Source: an uncultured Chromatiales bacterium (GTDB taxonomy: Bacteria; Pseudomonadota; Gammaproteobacteria; SZUA-140). From it: a stretch of DNA of 64,000 nt. The stretch's first letter is position 1; the number at the start of each line of letters is the position of its first letter. Positions 50,734 to 60,919 of the stretch are shown here, one piece after another. The DNA lies in assembly GCA_964384095.1 (NCBI GenBank), contig CAYLKC010000001.1, positions 1,106 to 65,105 of the forward strand, given 5' to 3'. The position numbers and the translations under genes were made by a program. The notes beneath the pieces are model-generated. The model made no database searches, had not been told where the DNA came from, and worked only from the letters and a program-made list of their open reading frames with translations.

Positions 50734-51470
50734 TGAGGTTTGCAATCACCTGCGCGCTGCTGATCCTGCCGTCGGCGGCGCTGGCGGCGGATAACGGCAT
50801 CACCGCGCTGTCGGTGACGACGAATCCGGACGGCGGCCAGACCTGGTCGCTGAGCCTGCAGATCCTCGCGCTGATGACGGTGATGTCGCTGCTGCCGGCG
50901 GCGATGATGATGATGACCTCGTTCACGCGCATCATCATCGTACTCGCGATCCTGCGCCAGGCACTGGGCACGGTGCAAACGCCGACCACGCAGACGTTGA
51001 TCGGCCTCGCGCTGTTCCTGACCGTGTTTATCATGATGCCGGTGTTCACCGACGTCTACAACAACGCGGTCAAGCCCTATATGGCCCAGGAAGTCGGCAT
51101 GGAGGAGGCGCTTTCCCGCGGCAGCAACCCGTTCAGGACCTTCATGCTGCACCAGACCCGTGACAGCGATATCAACCTGTTCGCCGAGATCTCCGGTCAC
51201 GGCGAGATCGAGAGCCGGGAGGAGGTGCCGTTTTCGCTGCTGATGCCGGCCTTCGTCACCAGCGAGCTGAAGACCGCGTTCCAGATCGGATTTCTGATCT
51301 TCATTCCGTTTCTGATCATCGACCTGGTTGTCGCCAGCGTACTGATGTCGATGGGCATGATGATGCTGTCGCCGCTGATCATCTCTCTGCCGTTCAAGAT
51401 CATGCTGTTCGTGCTCGTCGATGGCTGGTCGCTGATCCTCGGCACGCTGGCATCGAGTTTCGCGGTCTGA
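50730..51470 (+). CDS. fliP: flagellar export apparatus protein FliP
   Basis: Signal peptide and conserved [18 protein letters not shown] core. Confidence 0.95.
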   Translation: MMRFAITCALLILPSAALAADNGITALSVTTNPDGGQTWSLSLQILALMTVMSLLPAAMMMMTSFTRIIIVLAILRQALGTVQTPTTQTLIGLALFLTVFIMMPVFTDVYNNAVKPYMAQEVGMEEALSRGSNPFRTFMLHQTRDSDINLFAEISGHGEIESREEVPFSLLMPAFVTSELKTAFQIGFLIFIPFLIIDLVVASVLMSMGMMMLSPLIISLPFKIMLFVLVDGWSLILGTLASSFAV

Positions 51471-51506
51471 GACCGCGGGAAAACCACGCCGCAGGAGGCC
51501 GCAGAC

Positions 51507-51776
51507 ATGACACCCGAAACCGCCATCACGATCGGTCAGAGCGCGCTGACCCTGACCTCGATCATCGTCGCACTGCTGCTGCTCCCGGCGCTCGCCGTCG
51601 GCCTGCTGATCAGCATGTTCCAGGCCGCGACCCAGATCAACGAGCAGACGCTGAGCTTCATTCCCAAGCTGTTCGTCGTGCTCGGTGTCCTGTTCGTCGC
51701 CGGGCACTGGATACTCCAGAGCCTGATTCACTACACCATCCGCCTGTTCAATGACATCCCCGTCCTGATCGGCTGA
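51507..51776 (+). CDS. fliQ: flagellar export apparatus protein FliQ
   Basis: 89-aa two-TM protein with FliQ pattern. Confidence 0.9.
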   Translation: MTPETAITIGQSALTLTSIIVALLLLPALAVGLLISMFQAATQINEQTLSFIPKLFVVLGVLFVAGHWILQSLIHYTIRLFNDIPVLIG

Positions 51777-51799
51777 CGGGCGCGAGCGGACGGCAAGGC

Positions 51800-52573
51800 G
51801 TGAGCATAGCCCTCGAACAACTGACGGCATGGATGACCGGCTTTCTGTGGCCGTTCTTCCGCGTAGCCGCTCTGATCACGATGGTGCCGCTGCTCGGCAT
51901 GCGTACGATCCCGATCACCTTCCGCGTCGGCATGGCGGTCGCGCTGACGCTGGTGATCATGCCGTTGCTGCCGCCGACGCCCGCAATCGACCCGGTCAGC
52001 GCCGAGGGCCTGCTGATCACCGTCTGCCAGGTCCTGATCGGGCTGGCGATGGGTTTTTTCATTCGCCTGGTATTCAGCGCGATCGAGACCGCCGGCGGGG
52101 TCATCGGCATGACCATGGGACTCGGCTACGCGCAGATGATGGACCCGGTCAACGGCATCGCCGTGCCGGTCGTCAGCCAGCTCTATACGATCATGGCGAC
52201 GCTGATCTTCCTGGCGTTGAACGGCCATCTGATCCTGATCGAAATCCTAGCCGACAGCTTCCATGTCATACCGGTTGCGCCGGAGTCGATCAGCGAGGGT
52301 GGTCTGTGGATGTTGCTGGGCTGGGCAGGCTGGATCTTCAAGGGCGCGGTAATCATCTCGCTGCCGGCGGTCGCTGCGCTGCTGCTGGTCAACATCTCCT
52401 TTGGTGTCATGATGCGTGCCGCGCCCCAGCTCAATATCTTCGCGATCGGCTTTCCGGTCACGCTGATGCTCGGCTTCGTCTTCATGCTGGTATCGCTGCC
52501 GATGTTCCTGCCGCAGTTCTCCGGCCTGCTGGATAACGCCTATTTTTCAATACGCGGCATGCTGGTCGAGTAG
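51800..52573 (+). CDS. fliR: flagellar export apparatus protein FliR
   Basis: Six-TM FliR topology; non-ATG start. Confidence 0.9.
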   Translation: MSIALEQLTAWMTGFLWPFFRVAALITMVPLLGMRTIPITFRVGMAVALTLVIMPLLPPTPAIDPVSAEGLLITVCQVLIGLAMGFFIRLVFSAIETAGGVIGMTMGLGYAQMMDPVNGIAVPVVSQLYTIMATLIFLALNGHLILIEILADSFHVIPVAPESISEGGLWMLLGWAGWIFKGAVIISLPAVAALLLVNISFGVMMRAAPQLNIFAIGFPVTLMLGFVFMLVSLPMFLPQFSGLLDNAYFSIRGMLVE

Positions 52574-52576
52574 ACA

Positions 52577-53716
52577 ATGGCAGAGAAACCGGCACAGGAG
52601 CGGACCGAACAACCTACACCCAAACGCCTGCAACAGGCGAAGGAGAAGGGTCAGGTCGCACGCTCGCGCGAGCTGACCACGATGTTCGTGCTGCTGGTTT
52701 CCGCCGCCTGCCTGATCATGATCGGTGACGGGATCATCGCCGGCATCATCGGTGTCATGCACGACACCCTGGAGATCTCCCGCCGCGACCTGATGGACCC
52801 GAACATGGCGCCGGTCATGCTCGAACAGGCCCTGGCCGGGGCGATGTTTGCCCTGCTGCCGTTCCTCACGATCGTGCTTGCAGTCGCGATCATCGCGCCG
52901 ATGGCGCTGAGCGGCTGGTCCTTCAGCAGTCAGGCGATGGCCTTCAAGTGGGAGAAGATGGACCCGGTCAAGGGCCTCGGCCGCATCTTCTCTGCCCGCG
53001 CACTGGTCGAACTGCTGAAGGCGCTGGCCAAGTTCTCGGTCGTGCTGGCGATTGCGCTGATCTTTCTCTGGTTCAACGTCGACACCATGCTCGGTCTCGG
53101 CGCCCAGTCGGCGGAGGCAGCGCTCGGCAGTGCCGGCGACATCCTGGTGTGGGCCTTTCTGATCCTGAGCTCGGCGATGATCCTGATCGCCGCCGTCGAC
53201 GTCCCGTTCCAGCTCTGGGACCACCAGCGCCAGCTGCGCATGACCCGCCAGGAGATCAAGGACGAGATGAAGGAGACCGACGGCAGCCCCGAGGTCAAGC
53301 GCCGCGTTCGCGAGGTCCGCAACGAGATCATGCGCCGCCGCATGATGGACGCGGTCCCGACCGCCGATGTCGTCATCACCAACCCGACCCACTTTGCCGT
53401 TGCCCTCAAGTACGACCAGGCGAAGATGTCGGCGCCGATCGTCGTCGCCAAGGGCAAGGACCTGGTCGCGATGCAGATCCGCAACCTCGCGGTCCGCCAC
53501 AAGGTCCCGATCGTCTCGGCCCCGCCGCTCGCGCGCGCGCTGTTCCACAGCACCGAACTCCAGCAGCGCATCCCGACCGGCCTGTTCCTCGCGGTCGCCC
53601 AGGTCCTCGCCTACGCCTACCAGCTGCGCCGCCACCCGCACAAGCGCCGCCGCGAGGCCTTCGATGACCTCCCGATCCCCGAAGACCTCCGCGTCGACGA
53701 TGCGCCGGGAAACTGA
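52577..53716 (+). CDS. flhB: flagellar export switch protein FlhB
   Basis: NPTH autocleavage site (VVITNPTHFAVALKYD) and four TM segments. Confidence 0.95.
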   Translation: MAEKPAQERTEQPTPKRLQQAKEKGQVARSRELTTMFVLLVSAACLIMIGDGIIAGIIGVMHDTLEISRRDLMDPNMAPVMLEQALAGAMFALLPFLTIVLAVAIIAPMALSGWSFSSQAMAFKWEKMDPVKGLGRIFSARALVELLKALAKFSVVLAIALIFLWFNVDTMLGLGAQSAEAALGSAGDILVWAFLILSSAMILIAAVDVPFQLWDHQRQLRMTRQEIKDEMKETDGSPEVKRRVREVRNEIMRRRMMDAVPTADVVITNPTHFAVALKYDQAKMSAPIVVAKGKDLVAMQIRNLAVRHKVPIVSAPPLARALFHSTELQQRIPTGLFLAVAQVLAYAYQLRRHPHKRRREAFDDLPIPEDLRVDDAPGN

Positions 53717-53793
53717 CATGGAACGATTCTTGAAAGAAATGCTGTGCACAGGCACGACGTGGATCAATGAAGGATGTGGCAGAAGATTCCCGG

Positions 53794-53900
53794 AGCCTGC
53801 CGGGTGTCGCCCGACGGGACCGTACGGCCGCATGGATGCGGCCGTAGAGCGTACAGGGACGTATTCAAAGCGTGTCCCGTCGGGCGACACCCGGCAGGCT
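53794..53900. repeat. 107-nt nested inverted-repeat element in the flhB-flhA intergenic region
   Basis: Perfect 27-nt arms (agcctgccgggtgtcgcccgacgggac / gtcccgtcgggcgacacccggcaggct) enclosing a second perfect 10-bp hairpin (tacggccgca-tgga-tgcggccgta). Confidence 0.6.
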
Positions 53901-53929
53901 CAACCACTGATTGAAAGATCTATCGAGGC

Positions 53930-56035
53930 ATGGCGATGAACAACGCAACGGTAATGAACGGCATCCAGTTCCTCGGCCGCAACGCCATGCTCGGCGCGCC
54001 GATCCTGATGATGGTGCTGCTGATGTTGCTGGTCGTGCCGATGCCGCCGTTGATGCTCGACATCTTCTTCACCTTCAACATCGCGCTGTCACTCGTCGTC
54101 ATCATGGCCTGCGTCTACAGCGGCAGGCCGCTGGCCTTCGCCGCCTTTCCGACCGTGCTGCTGCTCGCGCCCCTGCTGCGGCTCGCGCTCAACATCGCCT
54201 CGACCCGCGTCGTGTTGCTCGAGGGACACACCGGCACCGACGCCGCCGGCAAGGTCATCGAGTCGTTCGGCGCCTTCGTGATTGGCGGAAATTACGCCGT
54301 CGGTCTGGTCGTCTTTGCGATCCTCGTCATCATCAACTTCGTCGTCGTCACCAAGGGTGCAGGGCGCATCTCGGAAGTCAGCGCCCGATTCACTCTCGAT
54401 GCGATGCCGGGCAAGCAGATGGCCATCGATGCTGATCTGAACGCCGGCATCATCGACCAGAAGGAGGCGCGCCGCCGCCGCGAGGACGTCGTCGCCGAGG
54501 CCGATTTCTACGGTTCGATGGACGGTGCCAGCAAGTTCGTCCGCGGCGACGCGATCGCCGGCATCCTGATTCTGCTGATCACCATCATTGGCGGCCTGTC
54601 GATCGGCATGCTGCAGCATGGCATGGCCTTCAGCGACGCCGTCCACAACTACACCCTGCTGACGATCGGCGATGGTCTCGTCGCCCAGATCCCGTCGCTG
54701 GTGCTGTCGACCGCCGCCGCGATCATGGTTACCCGCGTGTCCCAGGAACAGGACATGGGCGGGCAGATGATCAGCCAGTTGTTCGAGAACCCGCGCACGC
54801 TCGCCGTCACCGGTGGCGTGCTCGGCACGCTCGGCCTGATCCCGGGCATGCCGAACATGGTCTTCCTGTCGCTCGGCGCCGCTGCCGGGGCCGGCAGCTG
54901 GCTGATCTGGCGACGGCGAACGCAGGCGGCCGGCGCCGGCAAGACGCAGGCAGGCGCGCCGGCGCCCGCCGAAGCGGTGGCGCCGGAAAACCGTGATCTC
55001 AGCTGGGACGACGTCGTCCCCGTCGATGCCATCGGGCTCGAGGTCGGATACCGCCTGATCCCGCTGGTCGACAAGAACCAGGGCGGGCAACTTATGCCGC
55101 GCATCAAGGGTGTGCGCCGCAAGCTGACCCAGGAAGTCGGCTTCCTGATCCCGCCGGTGCATATCCGCGACAACCTCGAACTGTCGCCGAACGCCTATCG
55201 CATCACGCTGTTCGGTGTCACCGTCGGCGAGGCCGAGGTGTGGCCCGATCGCGAACTCGCGATCAATCCCGGCCAGGTCTTCGGCAAGCTGTCGGGCGTC
55301 GCGACGCGCGATCCGGCCTTCGGCATGGATGCGATCTGGATCGAGCCGAACCAGCGCGATCAGGCGCAGAGCCTCGGCTATACCGTCGTCGACACCAGCA
55401 CGGTGATCGCCACGCATCTGAACCATATCCTGCAGACCCATGCCCACGAACTGCTCGGCCGCGAAGAGGTCCAGCAGCTGCTCGACACGCTCGGCCGCAA
55501 CTCGCCGAAGCTGGTCGAGGGCCTGGTGCCGGAGACGCTGCCGCTCGGGACCCTGCAGAAGGTCCTGCGCAACCTGCTCGAGGAGCGTATCCCGCTGCGC
55601 GACATGCGCAGTATCGCCGAGTGTCTGGCCGCGAACGCGCCGAACAGTCAAAACCCCGGCGAACTGACGGCGCTGACGCGCGTCGCATTGGGCAGGATGA
55701 TTGTCCAGAATATCAATGGCTTGGAGCCTCAGCTCCCGGTCATCACGCTGGATCCGAGTCTGGAACAGTTATTGCTAGATAGCCTCAAGACGCAGAGCGC
55801 GGGCGGCATGGCCCTCGAACCGGGACTCGCGGAGAAACTGCACCAGTCCCTGATCGACGCGGCGCAGCGCCAGGAGCTGGCAGGACAAGCGGTGGTGTTG
55901 CTGGTGTCCGCGGCCCTGAGACCGATGCTGGCGCGCTTCATCCGGCACTCGATCGCGACGATGCATGTGCTCTCGTACGACGAGATACCGGACAACAGGC
56001 AGATCAGGATCGTCGCCAGCATCGGGCGGCCCTGA
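53930..56035 (+). CDS. flhA: flagellar export apparatus protein FlhA
   Basis: FHIPEP N-terminal TM domain and C-terminal cytoplasmic domain. Confidence 0.95.
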   Translation: MAMNNATVMNGIQFLGRNAMLGAPILMMVLLMLLVVPMPPLMLDIFFTFNIALSLVVIMACVYSGRPLAFAAFPTVLLLAPLLRLALNIASTRVVLLEGHTGTDAAGKVIESFGAFVIGGNYAVGLVVFAILVIINFVVVTKGAGRISEVSARFTLDAMPGKQMAIDADLNAGIIDQKEARRRREDVVAEADFYGSMDGASKFVRGDAIAGILILLITIIGGLSIGMLQHGMAFSDAVHNYTLLTIGDGLVAQIPSLVLSTAAAIMVTRVSQEQDMGGQMISQLFENPRTLAVTGGVLGTLGLIPGMPNMVFLSLGAAAGAGSWLIWRRRTQAAGAGKTQAGAPAPAEAVAPENRDLSWDDVVPVDAIGLEVGYRLIPLVDKNQGGQLMPRIKGVRRKLTQEVGFLIPPVHIRDNLELSPNAYRITLFGVTVGEAEVWPDRELAINPGQVFGKLSGVATRDPAFGMDAIWIEPNQRDQAQSLGYTVVDTSTVIATHLNHILQTHAHELLGREEVQQLLDTLGRNSPKLVEGLVPETLPLGTLQKVLRNLLEERIPLRDMRSIAECLAANAPNSQNPGELTALTRVALGRMIVQNINGLEPQLPVITLDPSLEQLLLDSLKTQSAGGMALEPGLAEKLHQSLIDAAQRQELAGQAVVLLVSAALRPMLARFIRHSIATMHVLSYDEIPDNRQIRIVASIGRP

Positions 56036-56093
56036 ACAGGACATGGCGGCGACCGGCACCACCGACAGCCACTGAGCAGACGAGAGACGGGAA

Positions 56094-57296
56094 ATGAAGA
56101 TCAAGCGATTCTTTGCCCCCGATATCCGCCAGGCGATGCGCCTGGTGCGGGAGGAACAGGGCCCTGACGCAGTGATCCTGTCCAACAACCGGGTCAATGG
56201 CGGTGTCGAGATCGTTGCCGCGATCGACTTCGACGCCGCGCTGTTCCCGGCGGCCGGATCATCGCCGGCGGCGCCGGTCGAATCGCCTGCGCCGGCCGCT
56301 GCGGAACCGCGCCCCGCGCAGGCGCCGGTGGCGGACGCCAGCGTCTGGAGTCAGGAACCGACCCTGGTCGAGATGCGCGCGGAGCTGAATGCCTTGCGGC
56401 GCATGCTCGAGGGGCAGTTGTCGAGCCTCGCCTGGGGACAGCTCGAGCGCAGCGAACCCGGGCGGGTCGCGCTGATTCGCGGGCTGATGGAATTCGGCAT
56501 GAGCGCGGCGCAGTCGCGCGCGATCGCCGACCGTGCATGGCGGCCCGGCATCGACGACGAGTCCGCCTGGAAGGACGCGCTGGCGATCATCGCTCGTGGC
56601 CTGCCGGTATGGGGCGGCGACCTGCTGCGCGATGGCGGCGTCATCGCGCTGGTCGGTCCGACCGGCGTCGGCAAGACCACGACGGTTGCCAAGCTGGCCG
56701 CGCGCCAGGCCCTGCTGCATGGCAAGCGCAGCGTCGCGCTGGTCACCACCGACAACTATCGCGTCGGCGCCCATGAACAGCTCCGCACCTATGGCCGCAT
56801 CCTCGATATCCCGGTGCGCGTCGCCGCCAGCCGCGACGAACTGCATCGCGTGCTCGACGACCTTGCCGACCGCCGCCTGGTGCTGATCGATACGATGGGC
56901 ATGAGCCAGCATGACAGCGGCCTGCCCGGACAGGCAGAACTGCTCGACAAGACGGATTATGCCAAGAAGGTCCTGCTGCTGCTGTCGGCGACGCATCGTT
57001 ATTCCTGTCTCGATGATGTCGTCGACTCGTTTGCGCCCTTCAGCCCCGACGGCTGCATCCTGACCAAGCTCGACGAATCGACCTGTCTCGGCGGCGCCCT
57101 CAGCATTGCCGTCCGGCACCAGTTGCCGATCGCCTGCATCAGCGACGGCCAGCGCGTGCCCGAGGATCTGCATGCCGCGCGTGCCGACGCGCTGGTCGCG
57201 CGCGCGGTCGCGATCATGAAGCGCACCGGACAGCTCATCAATGAAGACCTGATTACCCTCAGTTTCGGAAAGGAAGTGGCCAATGCTGGTTTCTGA
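56094..57296 (+). CDS. flhF: flagellar placement GTPase FlhF (SRP-type)
   Basis: G1 GPTGVGKTTT, G3 DTMG, SRP54-type GTPase fold. Confidence 0.9.
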   Translation: MKIKRFFAPDIRQAMRLVREEQGPDAVILSNNRVNGGVEIVAAIDFDAALFPAAGSSPAAPVESPAPAAAEPRPAQAPVADASVWSQEPTLVEMRAELNALRRMLEGQLSSLAWGQLERSEPGRVALIRGLMEFGMSAAQSRAIADRAWRPGIDDESAWKDALAIIARGLPVWGGDLLRDGGVIALVGPTGVGKTTTVAKLAARQALLHGKRSVALVTTDNYRVGAHEQLRTYGRILDIPVRVAASRDELHRVLDDLADRRLVLIDTMGMSQHDSGLPGQAELLDKTDYAKKVLLLLSATHRYSCLDDVVDSFAPFSPDGCILTKLDESTCLGGALSIAVRHQLPIACISDGQRVPEDLHAARADALVARAVAIMKRTGQLINEDLITLSFGKEVANAGF

Positions 57297-57333
57297 TGCA
57301 GGAATCTCCCAGATCGCGGGACTGACGCGCATG

Positions 57334-58182
57334 ACGCACGCACTGCCGGTCAAGGTCATCGCAGTGACCAGCGGCAAGGGCGGGGTCGGCAAGACCAATG
57401 TCTCGGCCAACCTCGGCGTCGCGTTGTCCACGGGCGGCAGCCGCGTCATGCTGCTGGACGCCGACCTCGGCCTCGCCAATGTCGATGTATTGCTGGGTCT
57501 GCATGCCTCGAGCAATCTTTCACATGTCATCAGCGGCGAGCGTGAACTCGACGAGATCGTGCTCGACGGTCCGGCCGGCCTGCGCATCGTGCCGGCCTCG
57601 TCCGGCGTGCAGCACATGGCTGAACTCAGCCATGCCGAGCACGCCGGCCTGATTCGCGCCTTCAGCGGCATGAGTTTCAGCCCCGATGTCCTCCTGATCG
57701 ACACTGCGGCGGGCATCTCCGACAGCATCGTCACCTTCAGTCGCGCCGCCCACGAGGTGCTGGTCGTGGTCTGTGACGAGCCGGCTTCGATCACCGACGC
57801 CTATGCGCTGGTCAAGCTGCTCAATCGCGATCATGGCATCCACCGTTTCCGTGTGCTCGCCAACATGGCGCGCAGCACCCAGGAGGGGCAGGAGCTGTTC
57901 AGGAAACTGAGCAAGGTCACCGATCGCTTCCTCGATGTGACCCTCGACTATTGTGGCGCGATCCCCCATGACGAGTATCTGCGCAAGGCGGTCCAGCGAC
58001 AGCGTGCGGTCGTCGATGCCTATCCGCGCAGCAAGGCGGCGCAGGCCTTCGGCAAGCTCGCCCAGAAGGTCATGCAGTGGCCGGCGCCGGCGGCGGCGAC
58101 CGGATCGATCGAATTTTTCGTGGAGAGGCTGTTCAATGGCACTGACATCAGCAAGAAGGCGACAGGCAACGGATATGAATAA
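57334..58182 (+). CDS. fleN: flagellar number regulator FleN/FlhG (MinD-like ATPase)
   Basis: Deviant Walker A VTSGKGGVGKT and LLDADLGLANVDVLLG; start set to MTHALPVKVIAV by analogy with Pseudomonas FleN (ORF track starts at 57283). Confidence 0.85.
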   Translation, partial: THALPVKVIAVTSGKGGVGKTNVSANLGVALSTGGSRVMLLDADLGLANVDVLLGLHASSNLSHVISGERELDEIVLDGPAGLRIVPASSGVQHMAELSHAEHAGLIRAFSGMSFSPDVLLIDTAAGISDSIVTFSRAAHEVLVVVCDEPASITDAYALVKLLNRDHGIHRFRVLANMARSTQEGQELFRKLSKVTDRFLDVTLDYCGAIPHDEYLRKAVQRQRAVVDAYPRSKAAQAFGKLAQKVMQWPAPAAATGSIEFFVERLFNGTDISKKATGNGYE

Positions 58183-58915
58183 CACGGCTATGTACGCATC
58201 TACCGAAAACAATGATTACAAGGGGCGCGAGGATCTGGTAACGCAGTACGCCTCCCTCGTCAAGCGCATCGCCTACCACATCATGAGCCGCCTGCCGCCC
58301 AGCGTGCAGGTCGACGACCTGATCCAGGCAGGGATGATCGGCCTGCTGGAGGCGGCGCGTAACTATGACGCGGACCAGGGCGCGAGCTTCGAGACTTACG
58401 CCGGCATACGCATTCGCGGCGCGATGCTCGACGAGATCCGCAAGGGCGACTGGGCGCCGCGGTCGGTGCACCGCAAGGCGCGCCAGGTCGCGGATGCCGT
58501 CAGGGAGATCGAGAACAACACCGGCCGCGACGCCCGTGATCACGAGGTCGCCAAGCTGCTCGGCATGTCGCTCGACGAATATCACAAGACCCTGCAGGAC
58601 GCGAGCGGCTGCCGTCTGCTCAGCTTCGAGGAGATGGGCATGAACGAGGATTCGGTCCCGTCGCGCCTCGGCAGATCGGACGGCGGCCCGTTCGAGGGCG
58701 TGCAGCGCGAGGACTTCAAACGCAATCTGGCCGAGGCGATCTCTGGTCTGCCGGACCGTGAACGTCTGGTGCTTACCCTCTATTACGATGAGGACCTGAA
58801 TCTGCGCGAGATCGGCGCCGTGATCGGCGTCAGTGAATCGCGCGTCAGTCAGATTCACAGCCAGGCATTGATCCGCCTGCAGGCCCGGCTCGGCCACTGG
58901 CGCAGCAACGACTGA
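58175..58915 (+). CDS. fliA: flagellar sigma factor sigma-28 FliA
   Basis: Sigma-70 regions 2-4 (DLIQAGMIGLLEAARNYD ... LNLREIGAVIGVSESRVSQIHSQAL). Confidence 0.9.
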   Translation: MNNTAMYASTENNDYKGREDLVTQYASLVKRIAYHIMSRLPPSVQVDDLIQAGMIGLLEAARNYDADQGASFETYAGIRIRGAMLDEIRKGDWAPRSVHRKARQVADAVREIENNTGRDARDHEVAKLLGMSLDEYHKTLQDASGCRLLSFEEMGMNEDSVPSRLGRSDGGPFEGVQREDFKRNLAEAISGLPDRERLVLTLYYDEDLNLREIGAVIGVSESRVSQIHSQALIRLQARLGHWRSND

Positions 58916-58968
58916 TCTCGATGCAGGTGCACGATCATGCATGACGCCATCGCTATGGAGGCCGGCGC

Positions 58969-59709
58969 TTGGACCTGCTGAGCATCATCGGTATTGCCCT
59001 CGGACTGGTCGCCGTCCTCGGCGGATCGATCGCCAAGGGCAGCGGACTCGGCGCGCTGTGGAATATGGCGGCGCTGGTGATCGTTTTCGTCGGCACGCTG
59101 GCGGCAGTGCTGGTGCAGACGCCGCTCAAGGTCTTCCTGCACTCACTGAGGATCCTGCCGTGGCTGATGAAGCCGCCGCAGATCGATCCGGGCGGCGTCA
59201 TCGAGAAGATCGTCAGCTGGAGCAATATCGCCCGCAAGGAGGGCCTGCTCGGTCTCGAGTCTCTGGTCGAGCAGGAGAGCGATCCGTTCTCGCAGAAGGG
59301 TCTGCAGCTGCTGGTCGATGGCAGCGAGCCGGAAGTCATCCGCGGCATCCTCGAGGTCGAGTTGACCACCCGCGAGGATTTCGACAAGAAGGCGGCCGGC
59401 GTATTTGAGGGCATGGGTATCTACGCGCCGACGCTCGGCATCATCGGTGCGGTTATGGGGCTGATGGCGGTGATGCAGAACCTGTCGGACCCGAGCAAGC
59501 TCGGACCCGGCATCGCCGCGGCCTTCGTCGCGACGGTCTACGGCATCGCCTCCGCAAACCTGCTGTTCCTGCCGATGGCCAGCAAGCTCAAGTCTCATGT
59601 GCAGAGCCAGACCCAGTATCGCGAGATGATCATCGACGGCATCATCTCGATTGCCGAGGGCGAGAATCCGCGCAACATCGAGACCAAGCTCAGAAGCTAT
59701 CTGCAATAG
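58969..59709 (+). CDS. motA: flagellar stator protein MotA/PomA family (MotC-like position)
   Basis: Four TM segments; MotA/TolQ/ExbB signature; TTG start. Confidence 0.85.
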   Translation: MDLLSIIGIALGLVAVLGGSIAKGSGLGALWNMAALVIVFVGTLAAVLVQTPLKVFLHSLRILPWLMKPPQIDPGGVIEKIVSWSNIARKEGLLGLESLVEQESDPFSQKGLQLLVDGSEPEVIRGILEVELTTREDFDKKAAGVFEGMGIYAPTLGIIGAVMGLMAVMQNLSDPSKLGPGIAAAFVATVYGIASANLLFLPMASKLKSHVQSQTQYREMIIDGIISIAEGENPRNIETKLRSYLQ

Positions 59710-59724
59710 GCGCAGGGGACCGCA

Positions 59725-60822
59725 ATGGCCAGGCGCCACAAGCACGAGGAGCATGTCAATCACGAGCGCTGGGCGATTCCCTACGGGGATCTGGTCACGC
59801 TGCTGCTCGCGTTCTTCGTCGTCATGTACTCGATCTCGTCGGTCAACGAGGGCAAGTACCGCGTGTTGTCAGACTCGCTGATGTCGGCATTCCGCCAGCC
59901 GGCGAAGTCGATGGAGCCGATCCAGATCGGCCGGCCGGCAAAGTCGCCGATGACCGCGAACATCAATTTCATCGAGCGTCCGTCCTTCGTCGATAACCAG
60001 ACGCAGATCGTCCGCAGTCCGCACCAGACCGAGGAGGGGCATCGCAGCCACTTCCCCACCCTGGGCTCGCTGGTCGGCTCCGACAAGGTCGCCGAGATCG
60101 GTCGCATTGCCGATGAGATCAGCCAGGCGCTCAAAGGGCTGATGGATGAGGGGCTCGTGACCGTCCACTTCAATGAACTCTGGCTCGAGGTCGAGATCAA
60201 GGACAGCGTGCTGTTTCCGAGCGGCAGCGCCCAGCTGCAACCACGCGCAATCCCGGCACTGCAACAGGTCGCCGGGATCCTGCGCGAGGCCGCCAATCCG
60301 GTGCGCGTCGAGGGTTTCACCGACAACGTCCCGATCAACACGCTGCTGTACCCGTCGAACTGGGAGTTGTCTACGGTCCGCGCGGCGAGCGTCGTGCGCC
60401 TGTTCACGCGTGAGGGGATCGCGCCCGAGCGCCTGTCCGCGCTCGGCTACGGCGAGTTTCGCCCGGTGGCGACCAATGACACGGCCGCCGGGCGCGCGCA
60501 GAACCGCCGTGTCGTCCTCGTGGTCCTTGCCGACGAGGAACTGTCCTATCTGCTCGATGGTGGCCTCCGTGAGCGGCGGATGCCGCCGCCCGCCAGTGAC
60601 GCCGGACCGCGCCTGCCGGAGGAAGAGGCAGCCGTCGGCGGGGCCCCGCCGGCGACTGATGAGATTCCCGGCCCGCCGCCGGTGCCCGTGTCCGCCGCGC
60701 CCGGGACGCGCGACGGGGCGCTGCTCGTCGACGGGCCCGCGGCCCGCGTCTTCGCGCCGCCGATCACGCCGATCGCGCTCGACAGGCCGGCGATCATCCC
60801 GCCAGTCCGACCCGCGCCCTGA
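59725..60822 (+). CDS. motB: flagellar stator protein MotB family (OmpA-like) with ~90-aa Pro-rich C-terminal extension
   Basis: N-terminal TM plus plug, OmpA-like peptidoglycan-binding domain (NRRVVLV), then a PPPASDAGPRLPEEE...PPVRPAP tail. Confidence 0.85.
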   Translation: MARRHKHEEHVNHERWAIPYGDLVTLLLAFFVVMYSISSVNEGKYRVLSDSLMSAFRQPAKSMEPIQIGRPAKSPMTANINFIERPSFVDNQTQIVRSPHQTEEGHRSHFPTLGSLVGSDKVAEIGRIADEISQALKGLMDEGLVTVHFNELWLEVEIKDSVLFPSGSAQLQPRAIPALQQVAGILREAANPVRVEGFTDNVPINTLLYPSNWELSTVRAASVVRLFTREGIAPERLSALGYGEFRPVATNDTAAGRAQNRRVVLVVLADEELSYLLDGGLRERRMPPPASDAGPRLPEEEAAVGGAPPATDEIPGPPPVPVSAAPGTRDGALLVDGPAARVFAPPITPIALDRPAIIPPVRPAP

Positions 60823-60919
60823 GCATGGAACCGGTTGATGGCATGGAATCTGCAAATATCCAGTCATCGAAACGGACGCGCGTCACGCCCCGTGCCGGCG
60901 CGCGCGACGGAGGTCCCGG

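Noticed and set aside
52547-57794. Minus-strand ORFs 52547-53890, 54089-55651 and 56259-57794
   Set aside because: Antisense to flhB, flhA and flhF/fleN; composition typical of GC-rich antisense frames.
59143-60867. Minus-strand ORFs 59143-59763 and 59869-60867
   Set aside because: Antisense to motA and motB.
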